The notes below the pieces were generated by a model. The model was given only the letters and a program-made list of their open reading frames with translations. It did no database searches and was not told the origin of the DNA. The translations under genes and the position numbers were made by a program. 64,000 nt of DNA from a virus: positions 64,001 through 128,000 of IMG/VR virus record IMGVR_UViG_3300027833_000015, one strand, 5' to 3'. This document shows positions 1-10,831 of this stretch, piece by piece; positions within the stretch are counted from its first letter, which is position 1, and the number at the start of each line of letters is the position of its first letter.

Positions 1-3000
1 GTACTGCTGTTCCTCTTCATTATTGACCCATGTGTTCTTCAAAGGGAAGTTTTGACTATTCATCTGTGTCCAAGATTTATTATACAGATCCTCATCACTT
101 GTAACACCAGTACGATAGTACAGAGTGATGCTCGCCAATGGAGGCACATACGCATCAATGAATACACGTACACCGCCAGAACCCTGACCCAGTTGAACAG
201 TCTTGGTTATGTGCTTCGAAGGACTCGAACCAGATAAAGAGGCAGTCTCAGAGACCCAATCAGCAGGTTTGTTACGGACACCAGGATAGGCAACCTCACT
301 ATCTGAATCAACCTGATTGTCGATAACATTATCTATGAGCAGCATGCTGAGATTCTGTGCGTCGATTATAGGAGTTATATCAGAAACATACCCAAACTCC
401 TTGGCAATGGAACCTGTTAATCCACCGAAGTTCGAACGTTGGAGAGACGACAAGTTTGCTCCTACAACAACCGATGCCGTGTTGCCGCCCAGTGGGAACA
501 ATTTCTTCAGTACTTGGTCGTCGTTGCCAAGGTATCTTGGTTTGTTGAAGTAGTGCGTAACCTGATTACCAAGCGGTGTATTAACATTGTCGATGTCAAA
601 CCGTGGGTCGCCACCTGCTTCACCAGTGTTACTGACCTCTGCGTGACTCATACCAGTTACGAAAGATCCTTGATAAGATATTTTCGTAGCATCGAAGAGT
701 TCGTCTGCGAAGTCCACCGTTGCTTCACTGAAAGACATTGCTCGGTTTGTTTCTATGACTGATGCACCGAACCCACCTTTGCTTGTAAATAGAGCACTAG
801 AATTCGCGCCAAGTGGGTCTGCTAAGTCCACATAATACCCTTGTGTGTCTGGGTCTGTGACTCTGTTTTGTGGATGTTGTATCACATTATCAGCAACGCC
901 TCTGTAAATTCCTGCTGGAAGGTTTTCCATACCCACGGAGTCACCAGTACCCAGACCATGATTCGCATGATGAACCCTATAGCGTGAATTCGACAGATTA
1001 TCTACAGTCAATGATCTGGCACGGTTGTGCAAGAATTTTTCCGCGTTTTGACTATAGAAGTTCGCTGAACCTGCTGGTTTGAACTTTGCAGTATAGATAC
1101 GATATGCCATATCCTGATTCTGCTTTGGAGTCCATGTAGAACCATTCTGCGACAAGAACAACGAACCAGTGGCAGGTTGTTTGCTTACTCGCTTGGTGGT
1201 TGAACCCAATACTTCATCGTATGTTGACGCAACATATGCTTCATACTCGTCACAATCAGAGAGGAGGACGATAGCATATTCTTCACCGTTTCTGATGAAT
1301 ACAGGTTCTTCTAATTCGAATGTTACAGGGCGTGCCAATACGCTTGACAAGTTGTTTTTGTTCATACCGCTTATCGCTTGTCGCACAGAAGAAGCAGATT
1401 TATATACTCTGTGTTGGTTGCTGATCGAGTCACGTTCTGGAACACCAGAAGTAGTGCCCCTTATCTGAAGTTGGATAGCAGTGTTCTCGAACTGACTGCC
1501 TACTGCTGGAGCACTACGCAGGAAGACGTCAACCTTGGTAATGAATACACCAGGAACATCGTTTGCAGCAGCGAGAGCGAAGGTCTGTGCCAGAGGGTCG
1601 CAGTATTGATAATATCCTGTAACATTAACTACAGGATCTCCAACTGGTTGCGGGTTGCTGCTGGCATAGTATGCGTCCGAGTATGTAAGAGTTCGGGTCG
1701 AATGCATCTGGTTCTGTCTTACCTTTCGTGTACCATTTGCATCATAAAAAGACCGTGCAGTGCTTAGTGGTTTTGCGTTGTCGTTATCGACAGAAATATC
1801 AAGGAGTTTCACCTCGGTTTGTTTTGCCGCAAATTTCCACCCGATGGCATCATATGTTGCTGCGCTCTTCCCACCATAGGTAAGTGCCGCATTCTTTTGC
1901 GCCCTCTGCCAGTTTCGCCATTCATTTTCAGATGAAAACCGAGTAGAAAGAGGTACAGAAATGCTTGATGTATTCGGAATCCACATCTCGAAATACAACT
2001 CTCCATTCAGGTCACTCACCAAACGTTGTGCAGATGCACTTGTTGTTGGGTGGCCAGTAAGGTTAACATTGGTTGATGGCAGTGGCAGATTTTGAACTCC
2101 TGCTGCTTTATCATTTAACCAATCTGCCTTGGTGCGTGTCTTGATCCACTGCGACATTGGCGTGCCATCAAAGAACATGTAGTATCGGTGATTGGAGCGC
2201 AAACCTTTTGCATGACAGAACACACGCTTCTGGCGCATCCAAGGCATGGACATCGAAAGAACTATCTTATCCTGTCTCCTTGTCACGACGGTGGAATCAC
2301 CGACCTTACGGGTTGTGACACTCTGTCGCTGCGATGAATATTGTTTCGAAGTGATTGTGATAACAGGGCGTCTACGTCGACCAGACTTGGGGTCGATTGC
2401 CCAATTGCCATAATATCTCTTGGACGATGTTCTGCTGTATGTTACGTTCCTTGGATAAAGAGTTTGTCCACTCTTACGGGTGATTGTTGACGCTGATACA
2501 ATCTTGTCTGGTAATCGAGTTGTGTCACTCCAGTTATCAACTGCTGGGTGTAACGCTAATATACCCTCACCCGTGAAGACATTGAATGGGTTTACATTAT
2601 AGTATCCAAATTCTTCATAGGCACTTCCTGGACCACGCCAAGAAATAACTTCCTGTTTCATGCTGGGGTCAAGAACCTCGAAGTAATCCAACATAACCAA
2701 TTCGCCCTTTTGAACCACATTTGCATTCAAGACAGGTCGTCTGGAGGCAGGCAAGAAGTTTGTCTTCTCATACTCAAACCCAACATGTTCAACATTAAAC
2801 TTGCTATTCAATGTATGCAGGTCTTCGTTCATAGAAGATGTTGCAAATGACTCATCATCAATGAATGCGTTTTGCACAGAGGTTGCAGTAAATGCGTACC
2901 CTTGAGAGAAGTCCTCAATAAAGAATCCAGTCTTTGAGCGTATCGCACCTTCAGAAGTCACCTCTACAAGATTACTTGCTTCTGCTTCCATTGCAGTGAG

Positions 3001-5553
3001 GGTGACTGTCTCTTCGAGGTTAGAAAGTCTATCTTCGAGTTCAGCAACGTCGGACATCTTATATCCGCGATACTTCCGACGGTTGAACCTAACGTCATTC
3101 TGATCCTTGACGTTTCCTGGAAGGAGCACATCAAACAATACCATCTGCTTATCGTATTCAGTTGGAGGAACCGCTTGTTGTCCTTCTTCACCCTTGTTGA
3201 CAACAATAATAGGTTTGAAGTCTTCGCCATATGTTAAGGCGATATGGTCGAGGCGCATGTTATAGAAAACCACATCATACACAATACCATCACCATCGCG
3301 TGGCATATCAAAGCGATCAGTTGCGCCCATATTGTTTGCGTTTGGGTCTAACTTTGGTCGAAAGTCGATGTAATCATGCATCTCATATTCTTCTCCGCTG
3401 ATGGGAGATTTGTATGTCGGGATATCACCGTAGTCGAACAAAGGCAGGGTTGGTGTTGCAGTAGTTCGAAGTGCGTATGAATTAACAGAGAAGTAGTCAC
3501 CTGTTGTTCCGTGATCAAAATACCCAACCTTACATGTTAGTGTTGTCACCGCATCACCAATTCCGTCTGGGGTCAATTGTATTGGACCATAGAAGTTGTC
3601 GCGCTGACCGCCATCAAAGATAACCTCTTCGAGATAATCTATAGTGCCATCAAGTGCTTCTAAGAGTTCAACACCATCATAGAGGTCGGTGAACTTAAAG
3701 ACGTCACCAGCAGGGTCACCAGCAGATGTTCTTGTTGCAGTAAAAGTTTCTGTCTTATAAACCTTTGTTCTGTGAGCAGGGGCAGACTTGGTTACATAGA
3801 AATAAACGTGACATACATCCCCAGCGGTGCCAGTTGTCGTAATTGTCGCTTGGTTGTTGACGATGATGATATTGCCACTAGGAACTCGATCGACTTTGTC
3901 CTGAGTGGTGTTTATAATTATCCACTCGCCTTTATCAACGAGGTCTTCATTCGCGCCACAGGAGACAACGATCTTGAGGTTTGCTGCTACGGTATCTGTA
4001 TCGAAGCGTTGAACCGTTATTGCAGTCGGAAGCATAGAACTCACACGACCTCCAGGAACCTCAAAAAGAGAGATACTGGTTGACGGGTCTTTGATATACA
4101 ACTGATTATCTTCAAGACCGACCACTGCACCTGGAGTCGATGCGCCAGTGCTATTGATCTTTCGAACATCTCTAAAGTTGTTAGAACCGATCATCTTCGT
4201 ATCGTACAGGTACATGCGATATGCGTCACTGTCTTCAGTGTTACGGGAAACAAGCGACTTCAACCGAGTGTTACCGATAACAGAACCACCTGAATTCAGG
4301 AGAGATAATTTCTCCTGCTGATTGAGCGTTGTGGTGAATGAACCCAGTGAGGTGTCACCAGCAGCATCGGTCGGAGCATCGAAAGTGACATAGTTTTTAT
4401 ACCCAACCTGCATGCCTTGATCGATCTCTGCTTTGGTCGATAATGGTTTTGGTGCAGAGAAACTAGACCACTGGGTGTGCTCAAGATAATAACCATCAAG
4501 GTATGCGAGAGGTGGAGTACCAAACATTGCCCCAGGAATATTATAGAGTATCTTCTCTGCGGAGTCAGCGTTACGGAATTGAACAACAAAGTCGTTGACA
4601 ATGAAATCACCGTGGGTGGCACTATGCCTTTGCGCCATGCGCTTTTCGATCATATTATAGTCTTGGTTGCCTTCTTTGATCTGTACGATCTTTGAAGAAC
4701 GAACTGTGGCAAACGTCACAAAAGAAGTGTCGTCAGCGACGGTGGCACGAGTGTTCAGTATCATGCTTATACGATATCGGTCTGCTCCTGGAGCAGAAAG
4801 GTTTGGTCGAGAACCTTGGTTGTCGTATAACCTAACATCATCAGAAACAGTTACGATATCTTGCACTACTTCAAAACCAACCTCACAATCAACAAGACCT
4901 TCGTACTTGCTGATTACAGCAGTTTGTTTAGGGACATATACGAAGTGACCTTGTGTATAGAACTCTGCGCTCTGCAATGAGAAGAGGACACCAAGACCGA
5001 CAGACAGCAATTCGGATTCTGCTGGTTGTGTGTATACAGTCAATGTTGGCATTCCACTGCCACCGATAGCAGTAAGAGTATCACCTTCGAGGGCAACCAG
5101 AGGAGATGCTTGAACGTCATTGGATGTCGCATTCGTTTGGTTGTATGATATATAACGACCGTACAGAGTTGCTTGATCATCACCTGTGGCGTCGACAACC
5201 CATGTTACTTGAAACTGAAGACCGAGGGTGCCGCTTTGCGGTGGAGTTTGGAATGCTGTGCCGATAAAACTTTCGACAGTTATACCAGCAGAGAGGTTCA
5301 AACTTTCTACAATGATGTAGTCGGAGATGTCCGTACTGGCACCAGATGACTTCGGGGATACAGCAGCACCATCCATGAAGATGTTGTCTGCCATACGAGT
5401 GACCTGTTTTTGCAGAATAGTCTGCAACTGGTTCAACTCTCGTCCTTGAAGTGCACGCCCAGAATTAAATAAGACTTTGTGATAACCATCGCTATCCCTG
5501 TAGTCGTCTTTATATGTTCCTGAGAATGTTGTTCCTGTAAACTGGTTTGCCAT
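1..5553 (-). CDS. Large virion structural protein, DUF4815/VrlC-like (3' end runs off window start)
   Basis: Absent from the ORF track because it has no stop in the window. ATG at 5553 (MANQFTGTTFSGTYKDDY...LFNSGRALQGRELNQLQT). Family motifs APGADRY, FDGGQRDNFY, DYIDFRP, VNPFNVF and DPLAQTF can be read along it; spot-checked as open at position 1. Confidence 0.85.
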   Translation of the reverse strand, partial: MANQFTGTTFSGTYKDDYRDSDGYHKVLFNSGRALQGRELNQLQTILQKQVTRMADNIFMDGAAVSPKSSGASTDISDYIIVESLNLSAGITVESFIGTAFQTPPQSGTLGLQFQVTWVVDATGDDQATLYGRYISYNQTNATSNDVQASPLVALEGDTLTAIGGSGMPTLTVYTQPAESELLSVGLGVLFSLQSAEFYTQGHFVYVPKQTAVISKYEGLVDCEVGFEVVQDIVTVSDDVRLYDNQGSRPNLSAPGADRYRISMILNTRATVADDTSFVTFATVRSSKIVQIKEGNQDYNMIEKRMAQRHSATHGDFIVNDFVVQFRNADSAEKILYNIPGAMFGTPPLAYLDGYYLEHTQWSSFSAPKPLSTKAEIDQGMQVGYKNYVTFDAPTDAAGDTSLGSFTTTLNQQEKLSLLNSGGSVIGNTRLKSLVSRNTEDSDAYRMYLYDTKMIGSNNFRDVRKINSTGASTPGAVVGLEDNQLYIKDPSTSISLFEVPGGRVSSMLPTAITVQRFDTDTVAANLKIVVSCGANEDLVDKGEWIIINTTQDKVDRVPSGNIIIVNNQATITTTGTAGDVCHVYFYVTKSAPAHRTKVYKTETFTATRTSAGDPAGDVFKFTDLYDGVELLEALDGTIDYLEEVIFDGGQRDNFYGPIQLTPDGIGDAVTTLTCKVGYFDHGTTGDYFSVNSYALRTTATPTLPLFDYGDIPTYKSPISGEEYEMHDYIDFRPKLDPNANNMGATDRFDMPRDGDGIVYDVVFYNMRLDHIALTYGEDFKPIIVVNKGEEGQQAVPPTEYDKQMVLFDVLLPGNVKDQNDVRFNRRKYRGYKMSDVAELEDRLSNLEETVTLTAMEAEASNLVEVTSEGAIRSKTGFFIEDFSQGYAFTATSVQNAFIDDESFATSSMNEDLHTLNSKFNVEHVGFEYEKTNFLPASRRPVLNANVVQKGELVMLDYFEVLDPSMKQEVISWRGPGSAYEEFGYYNVNPFNVFTGEGILALHPAVDNWSDTTRLPDKIVSASTITRKSGQTLYPRNVTYSRTSSKRYYGNWAIDPKSGRRRRPVITITSKQYSSQRQSVTTRKVGDSTVVTRRQDKIVLSMSMPWMRQKRVFCHAKGLRSNHRYYMFFDGTPMSQWIKTRTKADWLNDKAAGVQNLPLPSTNVNLTGHPTTSASAQRLVSDLNGELYFEMWIPNTSSISVPLSTRFSSENEWRNWQRAQKNAALTYGGKSAATYDAIGWKFAAKQTEVKLLDISVDNDNAKPLSTARSFYDANGTRKVRQNQMHSTRTLTYSDAYYASSNPQPVGDPVVNVTGYYQYCDPLAQTFALAAANDVPGVFITKVDVFLRSAPAVGSQFENTAIQLQIRGTTSGVPERDSISNQHRVYKSASSVRQAISGMNKNNLSSVLARPVTFELEEPVFIRNGEEYAIVLLSDCDEYEAYVASTYDEVLGSTTKRVSKQPATGSLFLSQNGSTWTPKQNQDMAYRIYTAKFKPAGSANFYSQNAEKFLHNRARSLTVDNLSNSRYRVHHANHGLGTGDSVGMENLPAGIYRGVADNVIQHPQNRVTDPDTQGYYVDLADPLGANSSALFTSKGGFGASVIETNRAMSFSEATVDFADELFDATKISYQGSFVTGMSHAEVSNTGEAGGDPRFDIDNVNTPLGNQVTHYFNKPRYLGNDDQVLKKLFPLGGNTASVVVGANLSSLQRSNFGGLTGSIAKEFGYVSDITPIIDAQNLSMLLIDNVIDNQVDSDSEVAYPGVRNKPADWVSETASLSGSSPSKHITKTVQLGQGSGGVRVFIDAYVPPLASITLYYRTGVTSDEDLYNKSWTQMNSQNFPLKNTWVNNEEEQQY

Positions 5554-5566
5554 TTCTTACTTTCCT

Positions 5567-7063
5567 TTAGAGGTCAATTACTACCTTGATATCTTCTATT
5601 TGATCAGCGTCACGAGAAACTGCTATTCTGTTATCTATGTATATAACTTCTCCGCTGTATACATCAACCTCTGATGGACGAAGAACTGGTTGAAGGTTGA
5701 TACCGATTGGTGTTGCTGTACCGCCACCACCGCTGATCTGACATACTGAATAACTATCAAAGGCAGAGTAACCAGTTTCTCTTGTTTGGTGTACGAACAT
5801 TATTCCGCGAGCAGCATCGTAGAAGTCTATGATTGCTACAGAACCTGCTTGTGTGATCGTTTGATCGCCTGTGATGTTTTCAGGTACTAGACTTGCTGTG
5901 TTTACATACAACCTCTTGAAAGCAGACAGAGTTGGTGCCGTACACTCAGGGACTTCAACAAATGAAGCAAACTGAGCAGAGTCTTTCACTGGGTTGCGGA
6001 CGATTCCGATTTGTCGGAAGTCATTAGTTGTTTGGAAGTCGTCGTTCTCGTTTCCATTCAACTGCGAATTAAACATCATGGCAGAAGAATGAAGATCAAG
6101 TGTACTGTTGCCGCCCATGCCCGAGTCACCAGAAATAAGAGCGCGAAGTATTGCACCAGATCCAGAACCACCAGAGACCTTAATGGAAGCATCAGCATAG
6201 TCTCGACCGAATACGAAATCGGCATCGTCAGAGTTATTCTTCATGAAGATGTCGGTTATCCCGCCATTAAAAATCTTCGCAGAAGCAGTTGCAGGAGTGG
6301 GGACTTGGCCAAATCCCTGTCGTGCGCGACCAGTTATAGTGATGGTCGGAGCACTGGTATAACCAGTTCCAGGGTTTTCAATATGAATGCCAATGAGTTG
6401 TCCAGGGATTGCTCCTGCCTGTATACCACGTTGTTGTAGTCTAGACACAGAAAGATCCTCATCCGCTGGACCACCTGCTGCTTCATCGACAACTCGCTCG
6501 ACTGGCATGTAGGTTGATGTCAGGAACTTTCGTGCTTCAGCGGCACCGATGTTGTATAGGAACTTCCAGTAGTATCCGTCTTGTCCAGCACTGAATACTT
6601 CTGTGCTATTATTGGTTGGTTTAAATAAAGATGCGCGAGGAGTTCCACCAACAGTCCTGCCTTGTTTAATGCAAACATACACGTTGTTATCGTCTGTTAG
6701 TACATAATATGGGTTTGGGGCAAATGCGCCACTGGCAGTTGTGCCACTTTTAATTTCGGTATTTGAACCATACTCTGATGACCATCCTTCATAGAAGTTG
6801 CCAGCAATCCAAGAGAAACGAGGAACAACGTATGAGACGTCAGGCACCTGTTTCATTGATTGGATAGATGAGCGGAACACCAAACTCTCCTCAGTTCCAG
6901 AGTATGGAGTAGGTGGGAGGGATTCTTCATTCCATTCCTCAGAACGCCCAATAGCAATGTAGTGTCTGTCAGAATCCCCAAGAGCGACGCCAACGTTCTG
7001 TGTGCGGTCGAATATACTTACCAGCATTTCGCGTTTGAGTACATCTGTAATTGTTGCTGCCAT
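5567..7063 (-). CDS. 8: Baseplate wedge subunit gp8
   Basis: YIAIGRSEEW, YVVPRFSW, YVLTDDNNVYVCI, DGYYWKFLY, NDFRQIGIVRNP, C-terminal YIDNR...EDIKVVIDL. Confidence 0.9.
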   Translation of the reverse strand: MAATITDVLKREMLVSIFDRTQNVGVALGDSDRHYIAIGRSEEWNEESLPPTPYSGTEESLVFRSSIQSMKQVPDVSYVVPRFSWIAGNFYEGWSSEYGSNTEIKSGTTASGAFAPNPYYVLTDDNNVYVCIKQGRTVGGTPRASLFKPTNNSTEVFSAGQDGYYWKFLYNIGAAEARKFLTSTYMPVERVVDEAAGGPADEDLSVSRLQQRGIQAGAIPGQLIGIHIENPGTGYTSAPTITITGRARQGFGQVPTPATASAKIFNGGITDIFMKNNSDDADFVFGRDYADASIKVSGGSGSGAILRALISGDSGMGGNSTLDLHSSAMMFNSQLNGNENDDFQTTNDFRQIGIVRNPVKDSAQFASFVEVPECTAPTLSAFKRLYVNTASLVPENITGDQTITQAGSVAIIDFYDAARGIMFVHQTRETGYSAFDSYSVCQISGGGGTATPIGINLQPVLRPSEVDVYSGEVIYIDNRIAVSRDADQIEDIKVVIDL

Positions 7064-7115
7064 ACTTTGTCCCTTTACAACTTGCCTTGTTGTTTACAAT
7101 TGTTTAATATAGATC

Positions 7116-7123
7116 TATTTATA
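7116..7123 (-). promoter_or_regulatory. T4-type late promoter TATAAATA upstream of gp8
   Basis: Exact TATAAATA on the minus strand in the intergenic gap. Confidence 0.75.
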
Positions 7124-7145
7124 CTCTTCTCGGGAGCGTATAAAA

Positions 7146-10100
7146 TTATTGTTCAACCCAATCAGTACCGTCGAATAGATAAACATCACCATCCGTTTCG
7201 AGTCGGACAGGATGACCAGCAGCATATGTGCCTGTGCGCCAAGATTCTGTTCCACCTGTGCCGTCATCATAGTACCATTTCTCATTAAGATCACGAAGAC
7301 CAGTATTGACATCTATGTCCCATAATGTCTCTTCTGTCTTAATTCCCGCAGCGTCACCATTGAATATTTCTTCACTCACCATGAGGTTGTCCCTGTAGTA
7401 TTCTTGCTTGATACGGAAACCGCTGGTGTTATAATATATCTTGCGCGTGATCGGTGCGTTCAAGGTCGGTGTGTCCACTGCCTTGACAAAATTACGCTGG
7501 GTCACCAAACCATTCGCATAAATATCTTGCTGAGTCATTGCGAATAAAGCGTAGATGTTTGGCACTTCGCCTAAGTGAACCGTCGAAGATACCCCTGTTG
7601 CTGTTGCTGGATCCAATACAATTGCCTCGGTATTTCCGTCTGGGGAACTCCATATTTTGTAAGTCCAATCAAAATTGGCAGGTTTTGCTGACAGTACATC
7701 AATAGAATTACTTGTCGTTGTTACAATCAATTGGTTGCTGATTCTTCCTTTCAATCCACTGTGCTCTACCGCACGTGCGGTGTATGTACCAGCGTCTCCT
7801 ACAGAAACAGTAGTTCCGCTTATCGAAAGGGCACTACCGATTGGAACATTGTCTTTGAAGATCTCGTATCCTTTTGTTTCGTAGTGGTTTTCTCCAGGAA
7901 TAAGTTCAATCGAACCACCTTCTATCCGCAGATATGGGGAGTCTGGTAATCTAACAACCGAGACAAACAGGTCAGTTTGTCTTTGGTGTATAAGGTCGCC
8001 AGAATCAGGTTCAGCACCTGTGCCATCTGGGAATTTAGTAGCACTCATCCAATTTGGTGGGGTTCCAGTTCCCCTCAAGGCAGGTGGTATGAGACGAGAC
8101 TCTAGGTCGGTGATGATCTTATCTTTATCAATGCCACGTGCCTGTGTGCCCAATTCTCCTCGTGTAATTCCAGTGAAGGTAGTTGATGTTATGCCCGTAT
8201 ATCCTATGACTTCGCCATTGGGTGATGCTATATAACCACTTGTCGGGAACCCAGCAGTACTGCTAACATTTAATGGCGAAGTGCTTGTGGTGCTTGCCAC
8301 ATGAGTTGTGAGTCTAGTAGACTGGCCATTTTCAATATCAAAGTTGCTTACGAAAGCAACCTTGGTTCCATCTGGACTACCCTTTCCGTCGTAGTCCCAT
8401 GGTTCCGACTGGTCGCCTTGAGTGTTTCCATTAGCATCGAGTATAGGATATATGAGGCGTGTACGAGAAGCGGGAACGAATTTTGTGGCACCTGTTCTGA
8501 GGTCAAGAATTTTACCGTCACTAAAAATCCACCGACCGCTCTTGCCGCATGCGCCTGGATCTGACACACGAGAGTTTGCAAGTCGTTCCATGTTACTTGG
8601 CCACGGTTCGTCCCACTTACGACCAACCAATTGCTGGTTGCCGATCAGATGCCACATACCATCGCCAGACCAGCACTGGTGGCCATCGCCCAAGAAAGTT
8701 GTCGCCTTGCGGATGTTACCGCCATCAAGGTCAGACCAACTACGACTTTGCCCGAATGGTGCAGTAGTCTCGTTCTCTCCTGCTGTTTTATTTCTCATCA
8801 TAACAACAGGGCGGTTGACGTCGGGGTTGGGTAGTGGTCGCTTGCCAGATCCATCGCCCAACTGAGTCGGGATATTAACAGTTCCGTCATTTTCAAGTCG
8901 GACTGATTTATATTCTCCCGACAGTATCGGGTTGTGGACATTGATATCGTCCCAATCGCGGTAACGCTGAACACCATAGAGGTGTGAATCGTTTGCGCTA
9001 GTTTCACCCAAATTCTCTATACCATAACCGATAGTTTCTATAGTATCGGTCGCGACAGTGTATCGTTTAACTGCTGCACCTGAGTTGGATGATGTGTCAT
9101 ACTTCGCGCCACCTGTGTCGGTGTATTCGACGAAGAATAATGTGTTGTCGGTCTTGCCCCAGCGAGGTTCGGTACCAAAAGCAACAAATTGGTCGGAGTC
9201 ATTGGCCAAGTCTAGTAATCGTACTTGTCTTTGCCTGTCCAATGAACCGCTGGTCCATCTATCAACAAGCAGGTACTGGCCATCGTGACTCCAAGACTGA
9301 GTATTGTGATAGTTGTGGTAGTCTCTCATGGTTGGGTTGTTGGTCATCCTCCACATGGGTGATGCAATAGCGGTGTCGGGGTCAATGAATTCAGACCTGC
9401 TCAGCAACCCAGAAACAGTCAGGGTAGCAGTGACATCAATGGTGGGATCTGTTGACACTACGGTGCCACGTATGAGTAAGGAATGACCTCCCCCACTTCC
9501 GTCTCCCCCTGCAAATCGGTCATTGTACCCGTATATCGGAACATTTTCAATTGGGTGTACATAGTCGTAGTGCCAAACATCTTCGTCCATCAGGTTGATG
9601 ATGTTAGACATATCAATGTATGTCTCATCCATTGTACGAGCGTTGATGTCATCTGCGTTTGCCATATTCTCGTACTGGGTATGCCAGTTCGCCACTGTTT
9701 GTGGTTTGAATTGATCGTTAATACGAGACAGTACCTTATATCCATTTGGACCTGGACCAATCTCTGCATAGGAAGTTGAATGTAAACCCAGATTGTTCTG
9801 AGCAAGCATTACTCTTGCTGTTCCTTCTAATACGATAGGTGGCGGTGGTTGTATAATGGCATCTGGCATTGCTCCCAATCCACTACTGATCTGCCATATT
9901 GCACGCTGCGCGAGCGGAATGTCACGAATCATCAAGTAGGTAGACGACAATGCCACTTGGCCAGAGAGGTACATACCTGCTGGGTGGACGAATGTCTTAT
10001 ATGCTTCTTGCCATAAGTTGACAGACAATGGTGTTGAAACCAACAAACCATACAGTTGGTAGAATTTGTTATCAGTTATGCGCTTGTCCGTTACATCAGC

Positions 10101-10826
10101 ACCAATAGATGTAAAGGTAGATAAGTTTGTCTGTATGCGTATTGTTACTCCATCTGGAAGAACACCCGTTTGTGTGTTAACCACACCGAGAGCGGGATCG
10201 TCGTGTACGAGGAGGACAACCTTGTTGTTCGCGTAGTCAATTCTGAAGTGAACGCCTTCTAACAACTGGGCGGTCTTCGTCAGCGAGTCAGAGGGGTCAA
10301 CGTATGGGGTGGTGACTTCAACAGTACCATTCGGGAAAGTCAAATCGAAGTCTGAATCGGAAATAGAACCAGAACCAGTATACTCTACAGTTTCTGCTGT
10401 GGGTTCTCCCACGATAAACATTTCATCACGACCATAACCTACTTCGATGTCCACACCAAAGAAGATACGGAAGAATTGTTTGATCGAAAACTCAGTACCC
10501 TTCGACCGATACAACAGACTGGAGTACTGAAGAGCAGATCGTTTGTCGTTGAAAGACTCGAAGTATGGTTTGCCTAACAACAGTTCGTTGGATATGTATG
10601 AGAGAAATTCTTCTCTTGTTTGTACTATGTCCCGAGCGACCATCAGGTCTTTGATATCAGAGACAGGGTTTGATGAGTCTTCTAGACTCTTATAATATGC
10701 CTTGAGGAAAGCAACGAGTTTTGGATATCGTTCCAGATAGTGTTCAGGGAGAACAGTCTCGACTTCGTAGCGATCGAATTTAAGATCGCGACGATAGATA
10801 TCTGTTAGCGTTTTATCAAGGGACAT
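7146..10826 (-). CDS. Baseplate wedge protein (gp7-like N-terminus) fused to a beta-propeller/Fn3-like C-terminal extension
   Basis: N-terminal LPEHY..YPKLVAFLKAYY, LYRSKGT..SIKQFFRIFF and YKTFVHPAG motifs; lies between gp6 and gp8; Gly linker followed by about 780 extra aa. Confidence 0.7.
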   Translation of the reverse strand: MSLDKTLTDIYRRDLKFDRYEVETVLPEHYLERYPKLVAFLKAYYKSLEDSSNPVSDIKDLMVARDIVQTREEFLSYISNELLLGKPYFESFNDKRSALQYSSLLYRSKGTEFSIKQFFRIFFGVDIEVGYGRDEMFIVGEPTAETVEYTGSGSISDSDFDLTFPNGTVEVTTPYVDPSDSLTKTAQLLEGVHFRIDYANNKVVLLVHDDPALGVVNTQTGVLPDGVTIRIQTNLSTFTSIGADVTDKRITDNKFYQLYGLLVSTPLSVNLWQEAYKTFVHPAGMYLSGQVALSSTYLMIRDIPLAQRAIWQISSGLGAMPDAIIQPPPPIVLEGTARVMLAQNNLGLHSTSYAEIGPGPNGYKVLSRINDQFKPQTVANWHTQYENMANADDINARTMDETYIDMSNIINLMDEDVWHYDYVHPIENVPIYGYNDRFAGGDGSGGGHSLLIRGTVVSTDPTIDVTATLTVSGLLSRSEFIDPDTAIASPMWRMTNNPTMRDYHNYHNTQSWSHDGQYLLVDRWTSGSLDRQRQVRLLDLANDSDQFVAFGTEPRWGKTDNTLFFVEYTDTGGAKYDTSSNSGAAVKRYTVATDTIETIGYGIENLGETSANDSHLYGVQRYRDWDDINVHNPILSGEYKSVRLENDGTVNIPTQLGDGSGKRPLPNPDVNRPVVMMRNKTAGENETTAPFGQSRSWSDLDGGNIRKATTFLGDGHQCWSGDGMWHLIGNQQLVGRKWDEPWPSNMERLANSRVSDPGACGKSGRWIFSDGKILDLRTGATKFVPASRTRLIYPILDANGNTQGDQSEPWDYDGKGSPDGTKVAFVSNFDIENGQSTRLTTHVASTTSTSPLNVSSTAGFPTSGYIASPNGEVIGYTGITSTTFTGITRGELGTQARGIDKDKIITDLESRLIPPALRGTGTPPNWMSATKFPDGTGAEPDSGDLIHQRQTDLFVSVVRLPDSPYLRIEGGSIELIPGENHYETKGYEIFKDNVPIGSALSISGTTVSVGDAGTYTARAVEHSGLKGRISNQLIVTTTSNSIDVLSAKPANFDWTYKIWSSPDGNTEAIVLDPATATGVSSTVHLGEVPNIYALFAMTQQDIYANGLVTQRNFVKAVDTPTLNAPITRKIYYNTSGFRIKQEYYRDNLMVSEEIFNGDAAGIKTEETLWDIDVNTGLRDLNEKWYYDDGTGGTESWRTGTYAAGHPVRLETDGDVYLFDGTDWVEQ

Positions 10827-10831
10827 ATATT

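Noticed and set aside
52-4948. Many short ORFs listed in the track over the first 5 kb
   Set aside because: They are antisense or off-frame shadows of the single long minus-strand structural gene.
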